64,000 bases of DNA, from IMG/VR virus record IMGVR_UViG_3300038679_000016, positions 2,964-66,963 of that record; one strand, written 5' to 3'. The DNA comes from a virus. Taxonomy: Duplodnaviria > Caudoviricetes. Below the pieces are notes generated by a model, which was not told the DNA's origin, ran no database searches, and was given only the letters and a program-made list of their open reading frames with translations. Numbering within the stretch: the stretch's first letter is position 1; every line of letters begins with the position of its first letter. Shown here piece after piece: positions 17,648-27,581 of this stretch. A program made the position numbers and the translations under genes.

Positions 17648-19714
17648 TTAATGCAGCAGAAAATAATTAAACGTCTCAGTCCCACCCGCAGCTCCTGCAT
17701 TGGCAGTCTTTACAGTAAATGATGTTCCTGCTATTATTGAAAGTACATACAAACAACTCGCAGCTCCTTGAAGAAGACCTGCAGCAGCATTAGTCGGCAT
17801 AAGAAATATCAGTGACGTACCTGTTACTGATGGGCACAGTACAGTTGTTTCTGCCGCGTTAGCGCAAGTAAATGATCCACCAGTTCTATTTACAGACGTT
17901 ATAATATGCCAGTCAACACCATTACTCTGTAGCTGAACGCCAGTAAAATACGGACCAAGACTCAGATAACGACTTCCAACAGTATCTCCACAACTTTGTA
18001 TTACATATCCTGCACCAGCATCAACTGTAACACTTTCTGAACCAGCGTTCACAATATAGATAAATCTATTTACAAACTCAGGTGGCGATAACAACGATAC
18101 TGTAAGCGTGCCATTACAGCTCAACTCCTTACCTTGGTCTGTCAACGAAATAGTATAATCACCAACTAGATTCTTTCTGTACCGTAATGCCTGAATTGTG
18201 TCTGGACCGTAGACTGGTGTTGCAGGATTAATAAGCATCCAGCCGTTCAAGCTCTGATTAATGATCAGCTGCGAAGGATATCCAGCCTGCATATCATCGC
18301 CATCAATGGGTGTTACTGTGCCACCTTTATTCTTATATACTAACAAACTCCCCAAGCTATCTAAATTAACAGTAGCTGGAGAATTAGTCGTAACTGCCCA
18401 CACATCATCAAATACGTGGCCTATAAGCGTAGAAAAGCTTATTTCCAATCCTTCATATATAACTTGAGATTCGCCCGTTATTGGCACAGCTGTAGTCCAC
18501 GCACCACCATCCTTCTTCCACTTAAACGTATCTACACTATCCGGCACAGCAAAGTCAGATGTCCACCGAGCAAGTCCTTTGCTAACTCTAAACTCATCCA
18601 TATATCCATGTAGAGCATCTCCATATATAGTACCTCCACCAACTTCAAGGACAGCTGCTATATTTTGCATAGCATTCGCATAAGCACCAGCTGCCAAAGT
18701 CTTTGCTCCTGCGATACCATTAATGTAAGTATTCCATACATTTCCATTACGAACAATAGCAATATGATACCAAGTATTTATTACTGGAGTCCAGGGAACC
18801 CAATAGTTAAGTCTAGGTGTTCCAGCGTTTACATAAGACATCCAAGTCAACGCGCCTCCGAATAAAATTAAACCCTGTAAAGGGTAGCCTCCGCCAACTG
18901 ACTGCGTAAAAAAAGGATAATTGTGAGCACCCGTATCTATAGAACTAAACCTAATCCAAAAATCTACTGTAAAGTCACCATCAAAATACCAGTCATCACT
19001 ATCAACCACAGTTAGGTAATCACCAGTACCATCAAAATAAATACTTTTGCCGCCAAACTTACTATACGTAGCACTCTGCGTAACATCACCTACAGCAGTT
19101 ACTGCATAGCCACTAACACTACTATCAACAAAAACTGCTCCAGCACCATCACCACGAAGCAATAGTGAAGTATTGACATCCAATCCAGAACCGGTACCGT
19201 CAATCTGGAAAGTGAATACAGCTGGAGATGCTCCTACATAAGGCCCCTCTGCAGTTAAGTCGTTAGGACCTGTTCCAGTAAAGACATTAGATGCTATCGT
19301 ATCTGTATTATCTACATCCGGTGTCATCGTTAGCATAAAATTATTGGACAGAGACAACACAGCTGGAACAGTGTCCACAACATAGTTATTATTAAGTGTT
19401 ACAGGAGTAGCTTCTCCTACAGCATAATTTGCCTGCATCTCCCCAACGTAATCTTCTGTCCATATAGGACTCGATAGATCACCAGTTGGACTGGTATATA
19501 CTAACTTTATAGCGGTATCAGTAAAAATATCCGCCTCACCATTAGCATCCAGTACTATAGGATTCGTATTCAGACTAGTAAGGTCTTTGTCTGAGTAAGT
19601 AGCAACAAGTGTATCGACAGTACCAGCCACCAGCGTATATACAAGATAACCAGCAGCCGGCCGTCCACTGTCGCCAAGTTCTAGAAACTTTGGATTCGAT
19701 ACTCTGATATACAT
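17648..19714 (-). CDS. Tail fibre with head-binding-like N-terminus and LamG/ConA-like domain
   Basis: GRPAAGYLVYT...TYSD..LTSLNTNPIVLDANGEA; GDFTVDFWIR...WYHIAIVRNG...GYMDEFRVSKG. Confidence 0.75.
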   Translation of the reverse strand: MYIRVSNPKFLELGDSGRPAAGYLVYTLVAGTVDTLVATYSDKDLTSLNTNPIVLDANGEADIFTDTAIKLVYTSPTGDLSSPIWTEDYVGEMQANYAVGEATPVTLNNNYVVDTVPAVLSLSNNFMLTMTPDVDNTDTIASNVFTGTGPNDLTAEGPYVGASPAVFTFQIDGTGSGLDVNTSLLLRGDGAGAVFVDSSVSGYAVTAVGDVTQSATYSKFGGKSIYFDGTGDYLTVVDSDDWYFDGDFTVDFWIRFSSIDTGAHNYPFFTQSVGGGYPLQGLILFGGALTWMSYVNAGTPRLNYWVPWTPVINTWYHIAIVRNGNVWNTYINGIAGAKTLAAGAYANAMQNIAAVLEVGGGTIYGDALHGYMDEFRVSKGLARWTSDFAVPDSVDTFKWKKDGGAWTTAVPITGESQVIYEGLEISFSTLIGHVFDDVWAVTTNSPATVNLDSLGSLLVYKNKGGTVTPIDGDDMQAGYPSQLIINQSLNGWMLINPATPVYGPDTIQALRYRKNLVGDYTISLTDQGKELSCNGTLTVSLLSPPEFVNRFIYIVNAGSESVTVDAGAGYVIQSCGDTVGSRYLSLGPYFTGVQLQSNGVDWHIITSVNRTGGSFTCANAAETTVLCPSVTGTSLIFLMPTNAAAGLLQGAASCLYVLSIIAGTSFTVKTANAGAAGGTETFNYFLLH

Positions 19715-20656
19715 TTAATAGTCCGCCACGCCGAACTGTATCGACACATTCTGCTCACGATCAAAATTGTCAGCATCTTGCAGTGTGATCGCAGCTAACT
19801 GTTTTACATCAGCCGCGATCTTTGCCGGAACGTCGTAGACAGAAATAAGACGCATAGCCAAACTATAGTGAAGAGCATCGGCCCATTCAATCGGAAAGTC
19901 TGGGGTATCATCAGTATTCACAAAGTCCTGCACCGGAGTTCGCACAGTCATCACTATCCTGTCAGACACAGTGTCCCCAACAGGCCAGACGTACAGCTTA
20001 CTATTAATAGTATCTGGCTTGAAACAATACTGTGTTATCCGACCAGTTGACGATTTCAATGGAAGCCTGGTATATTCGTCCCAACTTACAGAAGTCATTG
20101 ATAGTTCGTTACCATTAGCAGTCACTGACCGCGCTTCTACAATCCCGATCGGCCTGCTTATTTTAGACGTGTAGAAGAAAACAACATTATCCACAGCTAC
20201 GTCATCGGTCAACGCAGCGGTCAGTGTCACGTCATTCCCAGCTGGAGCACCATTTACAGTAGTCCACTGCATCGTGCCATCATCCAACTGGACACCTATA
20301 AACTGCCCATTTACAATAGTAGACGCATCATCAACCACAATAACCGAAACACCAGACGACGCAGCTGTCGCTATTGCAGTTTCTCCCATTCCAGAACTAC
20401 AGTGATCTCCAGACGGCCCAAGACTGTAATATTCAGCTCCATCAGACAACGGCAGCGTAACCACGAGATTAAGCCACAAGCCTACACCAGCCGCCTGCCA
20501 CGCCTTTATCATCATATTTAGACGCTTATTTGCCCTCGTTATAGAAGAAGCTGGTGGAGTCTCAAAGTCAGGCGCGTACGCTTTTATGTCTTCTAGCGCC
20601 AGATATATAATATCATCTCGTGTCACACTAAAAGTTGTTACGCCAGAAGTAGTCAT
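19715..20656 (-). CDS. Head-tail adaptor (P22 gp4 / T7 gp11-like)
   Basis: RDDII.LAL...LNMMIKAWQ...DFPIEWADALHYSLA.RL. Confidence 0.7.
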   Translation of the reverse strand: MTTSGVTTFSVTRDDIIYLALEDIKAYAPDFETPPASSITRANKRLNMMIKAWQAAGVGLWLNLVVTLPLSDGAEYYSLGPSGDHCSSGMGETAIATAASSGVSVIVVDDASTIVNGQFIGVQLDDGTMQWTTVNGAPAGNDVTLTAALTDDVAVDNVVFFYTSKISRPIGIVEARSVTANGNELSMTSVSWDEYTRLPLKSSTGRITQYCFKPDTINSKLYVWPVGDTVSDRIVMTVRTPVQDFVNTDDTPDFPIEWADALHYSLAMRLISVYDVPAKIAADVKQLAAITLQDADNFDREQNVSIQFGVADY

Positions 20657-20665
20657 CTCGTTTTC

Positions 20666-21163
20666 CTATACAGCAGTCACAATGACCGCGCCATCTGTAT
20701 CTACTGTCAGACTATACGCCACTGCGCCAGGACTGACCATTCGCCAAGGCTGTGGAGTCATAATACCAGTCAGTTGGGTAAGGTGCAGGGCTCCATCGTT
20801 ATCGACAGTAAAGCGCCAACTGTATATATCAATATATGACAGCGGATTCCCGTACAACACATTCGACGGCCTCAGTGCTCCATCGTCATCCATCCAGAAT
20901 GTCCAATACGTACCATCTGGACTAATAAGACAGAATGCACCGTAGCCATACGGCAACTGAATATATACATCAGCCGGCCTCGGCCTCGCATCTGGCACAG
21001 CCATCCGCTCTGAAATACCGCGCACCAATAACTGTGGATGCTTCACATACCACAGCGGAGCCCACACTCGCAGTCCGTCCCACGTCTTGCGCGTCTGACT
21101 CATCAGGACTTTCTTGCCTGATAAATCACAAATAGCCCAGTTATCGCCTGGAGTATATGGCAT
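20666..21163 (-). CDS. Conserved phage structural-operon protein
   Basis: GDNWAICDLSG...RKTWDGLRV...KHPQ..VRG. Confidence 0.6.
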   Translation of the reverse strand: MPYTPGDNWAICDLSGKKVLMSQTRKTWDGLRVWAPLWYVKHPQLLVRGISERMAVPDARPRPADVYIQLPYGYGAFCLISPDGTYWTFWMDDDGALRPSNVLYGNPLSYIDIYSWRFTVDNDGALHLTQLTGIMTPQPWRMVSPGAVAYSLTVDTDGAVIVTAV

Positions 21164-21179
21164 TTCAGCTACCGATAAT

Positions 21180-21198
21180 CATGTTAAATTTTAACATG
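21180..21198. promoter_or_regulatory. Dispersed palindrome copy 3 (flanks +)
   Basis: gataat CATGTTAAATTTTAACATG atacct; fills a 42-bp gap. Confidence 0.85.
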
Positions 21199-21205
21199 AT
21201 ACCTA

Positions 21206-21517
21206 TTAATTGAAATAAACCGTAATAAGACAGCTAGCCGGAGTAACGAACGTACAGTCCGCTGCCTTCATGTACAGTTTCCGTTTCATCAACCCCGTCT
21301 CCGCATAGCCATCTTCGTCAGCCAATCCAACCGGAAACAGCTGAACACCATCTACATCTCCCAGACGCATATACAACTTATCCGTAGCGCCTCCTATAAA
21401 TCCAACAGCCTGTAGACGAAAACCATTCGGAAAGTAATCAGCAAAGTCAACGTCCGACAAGCCATCTGGCACTATCGTTATCACACCACCAGAATCAACT
21501 GTAACTGTGTTTGCCAT
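21206..21517 (-). CDS. Hypothetical structural-operon protein
   Basis: 103 aa with GGAG RBS, in operon. Confidence 0.6.
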   Translation of the reverse strand: MANTVTVDSGGVITIVPDGLSDVDFADYFPNGFRLQAVGFIGGATDKLYMRLGDVDGVQLFPVGLADEDGYAETGLMKRKLYMKAADCTFVTPASCLITVYFN

Positions 21518-21527
21518 ATCATTTCTC

Positions 21528-21689
21528 CTACTTCATGCCCTTCATCTTGCCTGTCTTACTACATCTACAGCCAGGCATCTTTGGACCCTTCTTCGGCATC
21601 TTGGGCATCTTGGGCAATTTTATCTTCGGCAACTTCGTCTTCCCCGCCAGTGCCTTGGGCATTTTACCGGTTGTCATAAGAGGAGCCAT
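21528..21689 (-). CDS. Small Lys/Pro/Met-rich basic protein (53 aa)
   Basis: MAPLMTTGKMPKALAGKTKLPKIKLPKMPKMPKKGPKMPGCRCSKTGKMKGMK; GGAGAG RBS; fills the gap between neighbours; not in ORF track. Confidence 0.6.
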   Translation of the reverse strand: MAPLMTTGKMPKALAGKTKLPKIKLPKMPKMPKKGPKMPGCRCSKTGKMKGMK

Positions 21690-21690
21690 A

Positions 21691-22410
21691 CTATCTCTCC
21701 GTAGCAACCAGTACGTAGCTAGTAGTCAGAACCGCCGCCTTAGCCTCGCCCGCTTTAACAAACAGCATCGGAGCTATCGCCGCAGTTGGAAAGCCAGTCA
21801 AACTGGCAATATGAGTACCGTTCTTGTAGAAAGTCACAGTCGTCCCATCAAACAACCACTGTAACGTATATGTGGTCGCATCAGCGTAGGTAGACGCAGC
21901 CGCCTCAATACTCTCCACATCAGTCGCCCTGGCAATAGCAGCCAGATTAGTCGAACCATCTGGAGACCAGAAGCCAACACAGTCATCTACGGCCATCGTC
22001 AGACCATCCGCAGCGGTAAAGTTGTTACCGGTCGCCACAGCCGCCAGCCCAACAAACACTTCCTGCTGACCGATAGTACCAGCCGCACCTTTATCAACCT
22101 TTACCTTCGCCTCGAACAGTGCCCTTTTACCAGACACCAGCGCAAACGTCGCAGTCTTTAGATACAGCTGCGACAGGTCATTATCCCCACCAGCCAAGGT
22201 CTGCGTAATGCCACTGGAGGTAACAGCCAGCGTACCATTCGTCTGAGTGTGGGTCCAATAGGTCGTTACCTCAGGAATCTGCACCATCGGTTCGTACCAC
22301 ACCTTCCAATCAGCTGGGTCCATAAACGGAACGCCAGTCCTCAGATCAGCAGCCATGCCAGCAGACAAATCAGACAGAAACTTATCAAATGCGCTCATGT
22401 GTTCCTCCAT
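21691..22410 (-). CDS. Virion beta-sandwich (ConA-like) protein
   Basis: beta-rich, ends FDGTTVTFYKNG. Confidence 0.6.
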   Translation of the reverse strand: MEEHMSAFDKFLSDLSAGMAADLRTGVPFMDPADWKVWYEPMVQIPEVTTYWTHTQTNGTLAVTSSGITQTLAGGDNDLSQLYLKTATFALVSGKRALFEAKVKVDKGAAGTIGQQEVFVGLAAVATGNNFTAADGLTMAVDDCVGFWSPDGSTNLAAIARATDVESIEAAASTYADATTYTLQWLFDGTTVTFYKNGTHIASLTGFPTAAIAPMLFVKAGEAKAAVLTTSYVLVATER

Positions 22411-23452
22411 TATTTACTACGTTTTTGTACACAGCTCTCATCGCCTCGTTATACCTAACCAAACTAAATTTATCAACTGCATCGCTCACTTTCTTCTTTA
22501 TACTATCTTCATCAATTTGACCTATTGCCAGTTCTAAATTCACTGCCACATCTGCTGGATCAGCTGGATCACAGGTAAATGTAGCAAACTCACAACCCTT
22601 TGCAGCCATCACAGGCGTACCACAGGACAACGCCTCTGCAATAACCCGAGTAGTTATTCTGTGAGGTGACACAACTAAGTCTGCACCTCGGAATATATTA
22701 TCCATTCCACTCCACCGTGCACACACTTGGCCCAGGGCACCGTATAGTCTCAGTTCGCTCAGCAAAAAGTCCCAACACCGCAACGGCTCTATCATTCCGA
22801 AGAAATGAAACTTAACTCCAGTATTGCTCTTAGCAAACTCGATTAATCCATTCGTTATCTCAAACAAATCAACGTCTTCCCGCCAACTATCTGCAATCAC
22901 CACATCCATCTTACTGCCCATCCCAGCAAAGTCGTGCTTCTCGCCGCTAGGCGGAAAACGCTGTGGATCAATTGGAGGTGCATCCAGTACAACTAACTTA
23001 TTCTCTGGAATAACAGCTGACCAAAACATCTTGTGATAGGGCCAGAAAGAAACCATCTTCTTTATTCTCGGCCACTTTGCTAACGTCGCTATTAGCGAAT
23101 AGGAATTACCATTTCCAAACTGCTCAGGCCCAAAACACGCCTGGGGCCGACCATGCAGCATCCACACAATCGGAGCTTGGCAGCCAGAAATCCATCCATC
23201 GGGTATTCCAGTGTGTGCTACAATCAGATCTGCATCCAGCGCCACACCAATAGGTGACGTCTCGACCACTGACAGGCCCCGAACATCTTTCTTCCCAGCC
23301 TCGCCATCACTATGAACACCATTCATCGTCACACCAGTATCAATCAACAGCGTATCGTGGCCAGCAATTCTATCAGCTACAATCATATCTCTAGCTGCTT
23401 CATACAGTCCACAAGCATGAGGAGCATATGGCGCGAAATGAACTATATTCAT
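22385..23452 (-). CDS. GT-B (GT4-like) glycosyltransferase
   Basis: MNIVHF...CGLYEAARD...; FRGADLVVSP...RVIAEALSCGTPVMA; start at TAATG overlap 23452. Confidence 0.85.
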   Translation of the reverse strand: MNIVHFAPYAPHACGLYEAARDMIVADRIAGHDTLLIDTGVTMNGVHSDGEAGKKDVRGLSVVETSPIGVALDADLIVAHTGIPDGWISGCQAPIVWMLHGRPQACFGPEQFGNGNSYSLIATLAKWPRIKKMVSFWPYHKMFWSAVIPENKLVVLDAPPIDPQRFPPSGEKHDFAGMGSKMDVVIADSWREDVDLFEITNGLIEFAKSNTGVKFHFFGMIEPLRCWDFLLSELRLYGALGQVCARWSGMDNIFRGADLVVSPHRITTRVIAEALSCGTPVMAAKGCEFATFTCDPADPADVAVNLELAIGQIDEDSIKKKVSDAVDKFSLVRYNEAMRAVYKNVVNNGGTHERI

Positions 23453-24315
23453 TAAACTGGTCCTGGACCTGCTATAGCTAAACAATAATCAGATATTCTC
23501 CAGACATCCAACTTAGCAAAATCTGTCTCCATATACTCCCCATTCCTCCAACGAAATTTAGAGAAATAATCCCAGGTATGCCAAGCGTGTATGTGGTAAT
23601 CAGTGGAACACATATAATCACCACTCATGCAGTGACAATCCAGACCGCCCAGAACTAAGTTTGCGCCAAAGAAAGCATTTGCAGCAAGATTGCCAGCATA
23701 CATCGACAGTACGCCTTTAAACCAACCAGGCCATTCTCCTGGCCCACCCTGAAACTCATCCGCCAGCAATCTTTCACAATAATCCATATGAACTTGATTA
23801 TACGCCAAGGCTTGTTCAGTAAACGATATAAAGGTCGATCCTACATTATTAAACTGTGGAATGATTCCCCACTTTCCACACAATTCAACCAGTTTTCCAG
23901 CAACCTGCGGAACCTGCGAATATAAACCAATTCCGAACGTAGCCAACCTAGGTCGCAGCATTGGGAAGTGTCTGGTTAGAAAACAATCATTATCTGTCCG
24001 CATTACATAGATATAATCTCGCAGACAATCCCTGGCTTCAGACGACGTTAAAAAATAGATGCTATTAATAAAGGGATAATCGTTCCACCTACTTTCTTTC
24101 GCCGTCAACGGTTCCAGTGGCACATAATAAAGTCCCTTCCTGGCTGCTGGCAACAGCCTAAGATCGACAGCTGGATTAACAAAGGCAACAAGATCACTAA
24201 CATCATCTGACTTTGAATATTCCCAAGACCTAAACAGCCACCAGAACTCACTGTGGAGCTCAGCCTTATTATCTATGTAGGTAGTCACAGCCACGCCTTT
24301 GCCATTTCTACTCAT
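23452..24315 (-). CDS. Putative GT-A-fold glycosyltransferase
   Basis: YVMRTDNDCFLT (DxD after beta strand), C-terminal HIHAWH; between a methyltransferase and a GT4 gene. Confidence 0.55.
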   Translation of the reverse strand: MSRNGKGVAVTTYIDNKAELHSEFWWLFRSWEYSKSDDVSDLVAFVNPAVDLRLLPAARKGLYYVPLEPLTAKESRWNDYPFINSIYFLTSSEARDCLRDYIYVMRTDNDCFLTRHFPMLRPRLATFGIGLYSQVPQVAGKLVELCGKWGIIPQFNNVGSTFISFTEQALAYNQVHMDYCERLLADEFQGGPGEWPGWFKGVLSMYAGNLAANAFFGANLVLGGLDCHCMSGDYMCSTDYHIHAWHTWDYFSKFRWRNGEYMETDFAKLDVWRISDYCLAIAGPGPV

Positions 24316-24827
24316 AACCCCAACTCCGCAAACAACATAGCAACATCGACAGTCCTACTAACAATAGAAGTCATAGGACTATCGAAGCCAATTCCATGAG
24401 GTTTGTAATTAAATCTATACTTAAAGCCAGTCAGAGTTGGTTCATATCCGTACAGAAAGTAATGGCAGGTATCGTGACACACTATCAGAGCTGCCGTATC
24501 CTGAAGGTGCAGAACAGATTGCCCTCGCTGCTCTGGAATTCCGTGATCTACAAAGGCCATTCCCCAATCTTTTCTGTACTCCAACAGGTCATGGAATGAA
24601 TTTACGAATTTAAGTTGATGCCATGATCTACTTAAATTTGTAAATTTATTCAGCCAGTCCTGATCAGAATCCAGCGTCACCAGCTGCCTACCCATTGCCC
24701 CGCACAATCCGTGGAGCATAAGGGTACTGCCTAGCCCTGCTCCCAATTCGAGAACAGGGCCGGCAGTCTTTGCGACCGCTGCAGCAAGCAACGGAATATG
24801 TGAAAAGTAACTCTCGTCCAGTTCCAT
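24312..24827 (-). CDS. Class I SAM-dependent methyltransferase-like protein
   Basis: PVLELGAGLGST motif I; AFVDH; VCHDT. Confidence 0.7.
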   Translation of the reverse strand: MELDESYFSHIPLLAAAVAKTAGPVLELGAGLGSTLMLHGLCGAMGRQLVTLDSDQDWLNKFTNLSRSWHQLKFVNSFHDLLEYRKDWGMAFVDHGIPEQRGQSVLHLQDTAALIVCHDTCHYFLYGYEPTLTGFKYRFNYKPHGIGFDSPMTSIVSRTVDVAMLFAELGL

Positions 24828-24839
24828 GTTTCAGCCAGA

Positions 24840-25916
24840 TTAAGTCTTGGAGTTAATAAACGAGATTATCAAACCGATGCTGGTCAGCATAGATGCAACT
24901 GCCGTACCAGTGCTCAAGGCAGTAGACGCTGCACTGATTGCATTAGCATTGGCATTTGAGGTACCGATGCCAACACTAGTTGCCTGCGACGCCAAGGACA
25001 GCACATTTGCTGCAGCCGCCGAAGTCTGGAGGCCAACGCTAGAAACCTGCGCAGCCACAGTGCCTACATCATCAGCCGCCAACGCAGCCGCTGAACCACC
25101 ACTGAAGGAATACCCGCCCTTACCATCGTAGCCAGAAGCCCACCAAGTACAGGCCAGACCGCCAGTGTTCACCACGTTTTTCGTCAGCGCCACGTTGTCG
25201 TTATAGAAATACCCACGAACTACAACGTTGGTGCTGAGGGTAGTCAGCATCTCCACGATGCCAGTACTGAACTCACCATAAGCATCAATGTCGATTTCCA
25301 CATTATTACAGTCGATCAACTGAATGGCGTTCAGACAGGCGTTGCCGGCAGGAAAGCCAGCATACTTCAGAATACATCGGACATTGTTAGCTGTACTGTA
25401 CTGAATAGCACACGCTGCCTCGACAGTAGCCGACGAATCCTGCCATTCAATGTCAATGTAGGAGTTATCACCAGTAACAACGAAGGCTGCAGTCAGCCCA
25501 TCGTCGCCACCAACACCGAGGAGACCAATAATACTCACGTTATCTGCACTCACAATTACAGATGCAGCATTATCAGTCGAACCAAAGGTAAGCTTGGGCC
25601 GCAGAGCACCAACAGCTCCAGCCGCAGCCATAATCGTCACGCCAGCCACGTCGCAGGTAATATCACCAGCTGTAGTCAGCGTTTCAGCATGGCCTGCTTT
25701 ACAGATAATCACATCGCCATTACTGGCCGTACAGCGACCAATGGCATAGTCAATAGTTGCAAACGGCCTATGATACGTACCCTTACCACTATCACCACCA
25801 GGACCGCCACTATCGACCCAGAAAACGTTGCCGCCATACGTATTTAGAATAGGCGCACCACGCACATTTACCCCAGTTCTGAAACCACCAGGGTAATTAG
25901 ACATATTTTCAGACAT
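24840..25916 (-). CDS. Head fibre/decoration protein (beta-helix) with Ser/Thr/Ala-rich C-terminus
   Basis: FWVDS...GDSGKGTYHRPFATIDYAIGRCTA..GDVIICK.GHAE; directly after capsid gene. Confidence 0.65.
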   Translation of the reverse strand: MSENMSNYPGGFRTGVNVRGAPILNTYGGNVFWVDSGGPGGDSGKGTYHRPFATIDYAIGRCTASNGDVIICKAGHAETLTTAGDITCDVAGVTIMAAAGAVGALRPKLTFGSTDNAASVIVSADNVSIIGLLGVGGDDGLTAAFVVTGDNSYIDIEWQDSSATVEAACAIQYSTANNVRCILKYAGFPAGNACLNAIQLIDCNNVEIDIDAYGEFSTGIVEMLTTLSTNVVVRGYFYNDNVALTKNVVNTGGLACTWWASGYDGKGGYSFSGGSAAALAADDVGTVAAQVSSVGLQTSAAAANVLSLASQATSVGIGTSNANANAISAASTALSTGTAVASMLTSIGLIISFINSKT

Positions 25917-25965
25917 TTTCCGCTCTCCGTATCCGGGGAATCGGAGGAATTAAGTCCCCCACCGG

Positions 25966-26014
25966 AAAAATGGACTGGCCTGGGCAGGCGTCAACAGCCC
26001 GCCCAAGCCGTCCA
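25966..26014 (-). terminator. Intrinsic terminator after major capsid gene
   Basis: Minus strand TGGACGGCTTGGGCGGGC-loop-GCCTGCCCAGGCCAGTCCA followed by TTTTT. Confidence 0.75.
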
Positions 26015-26022
26015 GTTAAAGG

Positions 26023-26931
26023 TTACGCCGGGTTACTGCCATAGACAGTACGCCAGTCAGACCAGCCGACACCGTAATAATCTATAGCCGCATACTTGGC
26101 GTTCTTGGTATCGAAGTCATTGTCCTCGTCGAACGTCATAGGATACCGCTGGAACAACTTAGCGCCATCCGGGCAGTTTGTCCGGATGAAGTAATTGTCA
26201 GTATCGGTCAAGTAGTTATTGACCATAATACCCTGTGGCAACGCACCAGTAGACTTCAGTGCATTGAGCGCATGGTTGGCCTGATCGTTCTGCAGTACAG
26301 ATTCCAGGATACGGTTGGCCTCATAGAACAATGCCGGAGGCACAATCAGTTTCTGCGCAATCAGACCGATGGGATGGCCCTTGTCATTCTTTGCAGTCAT
26401 TATCTGAACCATCAGATCTTCTATAGCAGTCTCGCAAATATCAGTGGGAGTAGCCGCCACATTGCTCTGGAGACCAGAGCTAGTCGGATGGCTCGCACTA
26501 CACAAACAAACAGCATCGCCACCAACATATGAGCCACTGAACGCCCTATTATACACGTTAGCACAGACCCACTCTTTCGTCTGGCGCATACTAAAGGCCA
26601 GGCGCTGAGCACGCCGCTTGCCAACTACTTCATACAGATTGTTCAGCTGCTCTTCCCATGACACCTTGAAACCCAGCGCATACACTACATGAGTATACCG
26701 AGCAATAAAGCCCTGCTGTTCGTCATCATAAGCGATACCGGCACCCTGAGCCTTCACCTGCGCTAGGCCAAAGCCTGTAGCCAGAACATCCTCTTCCCAC
26801 GCCATTTCACTGGTATGCTTGTCGAAGAGTTCAGGCCACTGTTCTTTATGCTCGTTGTAGGCAGTTCCAAACCAGGCGTTGATGCCCGGCCACATAGCTT
26901 TGGGGTTTGAGCCCGTAGTAATAAGAGCCAT
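26023..26931 (-). CDS. Major capsid protein (HK97 fold, Mu gpT-like family)
   Basis: 302 aa; WPGINAWFG..Y...; KLIVPPAL; NNYLTDTDNYFIRT; position after scaffold and cement genes. Confidence 0.85.
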   Translation of the reverse strand: MALITTGSNPKAMWPGINAWFGTAYNEHKEQWPELFDKHTSEMAWEEDVLATGFGLAQVKAQGAGIAYDDEQQGFIARYTHVVYALGFKVSWEEQLNNLYEVVGKRRAQRLAFSMRQTKEWVCANVYNRAFSGSYVGGDAVCLCSASHPTSSGLQSNVAATPTDICETAIEDLMVQIMTAKNDKGHPIGLIAQKLIVPPALFYEANRILESVLQNDQANHALNALKSTGALPQGIMVNNYLTDTDNYFIRTNCPDGAKLFQRYPMTFDEDNDFDTKNAKYAAIDYYGVGWSDWRTVYGSNPA

Positions 26932-26933
26932 AA

Positions 26934-27569
26934 CTACACCCCCTTAAGGCCGGCCTGAGCTGCCGCACCGCCAGTGTCTACCTGCCACACCGAGTTAAGA
27001 CGATGCAGACCAATGAGGACATTCCACTTCGCATTTACTGCCGAAATGTCATTGTCATCACGAGGCGCAGCGCCAAGTACAAACAACTGATAAGTTGCAT
27101 TTGCCGCAGGAGCGGTCGCAGCACCGGAATCCAGTTCCAGGCCAGACAATCCAGTCGCAGCATCACCAGCGTGAGTAGCAATCAGCACACCGTTGAGACC
27201 GACAGTAGTAGCAGCAAGTACAGCACTACTACATGCCTGGATTTCGTAGATTACATAAGGATCGACACAGACATAACAGTATCTGCTGGTATCATCAAGA
27301 CGATGTTTCAGCGATAAGTTATCCTGGTCGGGCTCGAAACCTACGATTACCCCAAAGATGGGGTACGTTGCACCTACTGTTACAACCGTAACAGTCGGAT
27401 ACCGCCCTGTAGCATCAGCAGACCCAGCCAAGTCAACTGCATCACCAATGAAGAAAGCCCTGGTGCTGTCAGTTGACGGGATGTAGCACTTCATAACCTT
27501 ATCAGACCAGTTGAGGCCCAACAGATGGCCAACCGGCTTAAGGCCGAAGCGAGAGTCCACGTTCGCCAT
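26934..27569 (-). CDS. Capsid cement/decoration protein
   Basis: MAN.DSRFGLKPV...FFIGDAV...VCVDP.VIYEIQ pattern directly upstream of MCP. Confidence 0.65.
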   Translation of the reverse strand: MANVDSRFGLKPVGHLLGLNWSDKVMKCYIPSTDSTRAFFIGDAVDLAGSADATGRYPTVTVVTVGATYPIFGVIVGFEPDQDNLSLKHRLDDTSRYCYVCVDPYVIYEIQACSSAVLAATTVGLNGVLIATHAGDAATGLSGLELDSGAATAPAANATYQLFVLGAAPRDDNDISAVNAKWNVLIGLHRLNSVWQVDTGGAAAQAGLKGV

Positions 27570-27581
27570 TCTTTATTTCTC

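Noticed and set aside
21180-21198. Core contains GTTRRRY/RYYYAAC like integron attC sites at gene boundaries
   Set aside because: The order is reversed relative to attC, the element is far too short, and no IntI is in the window
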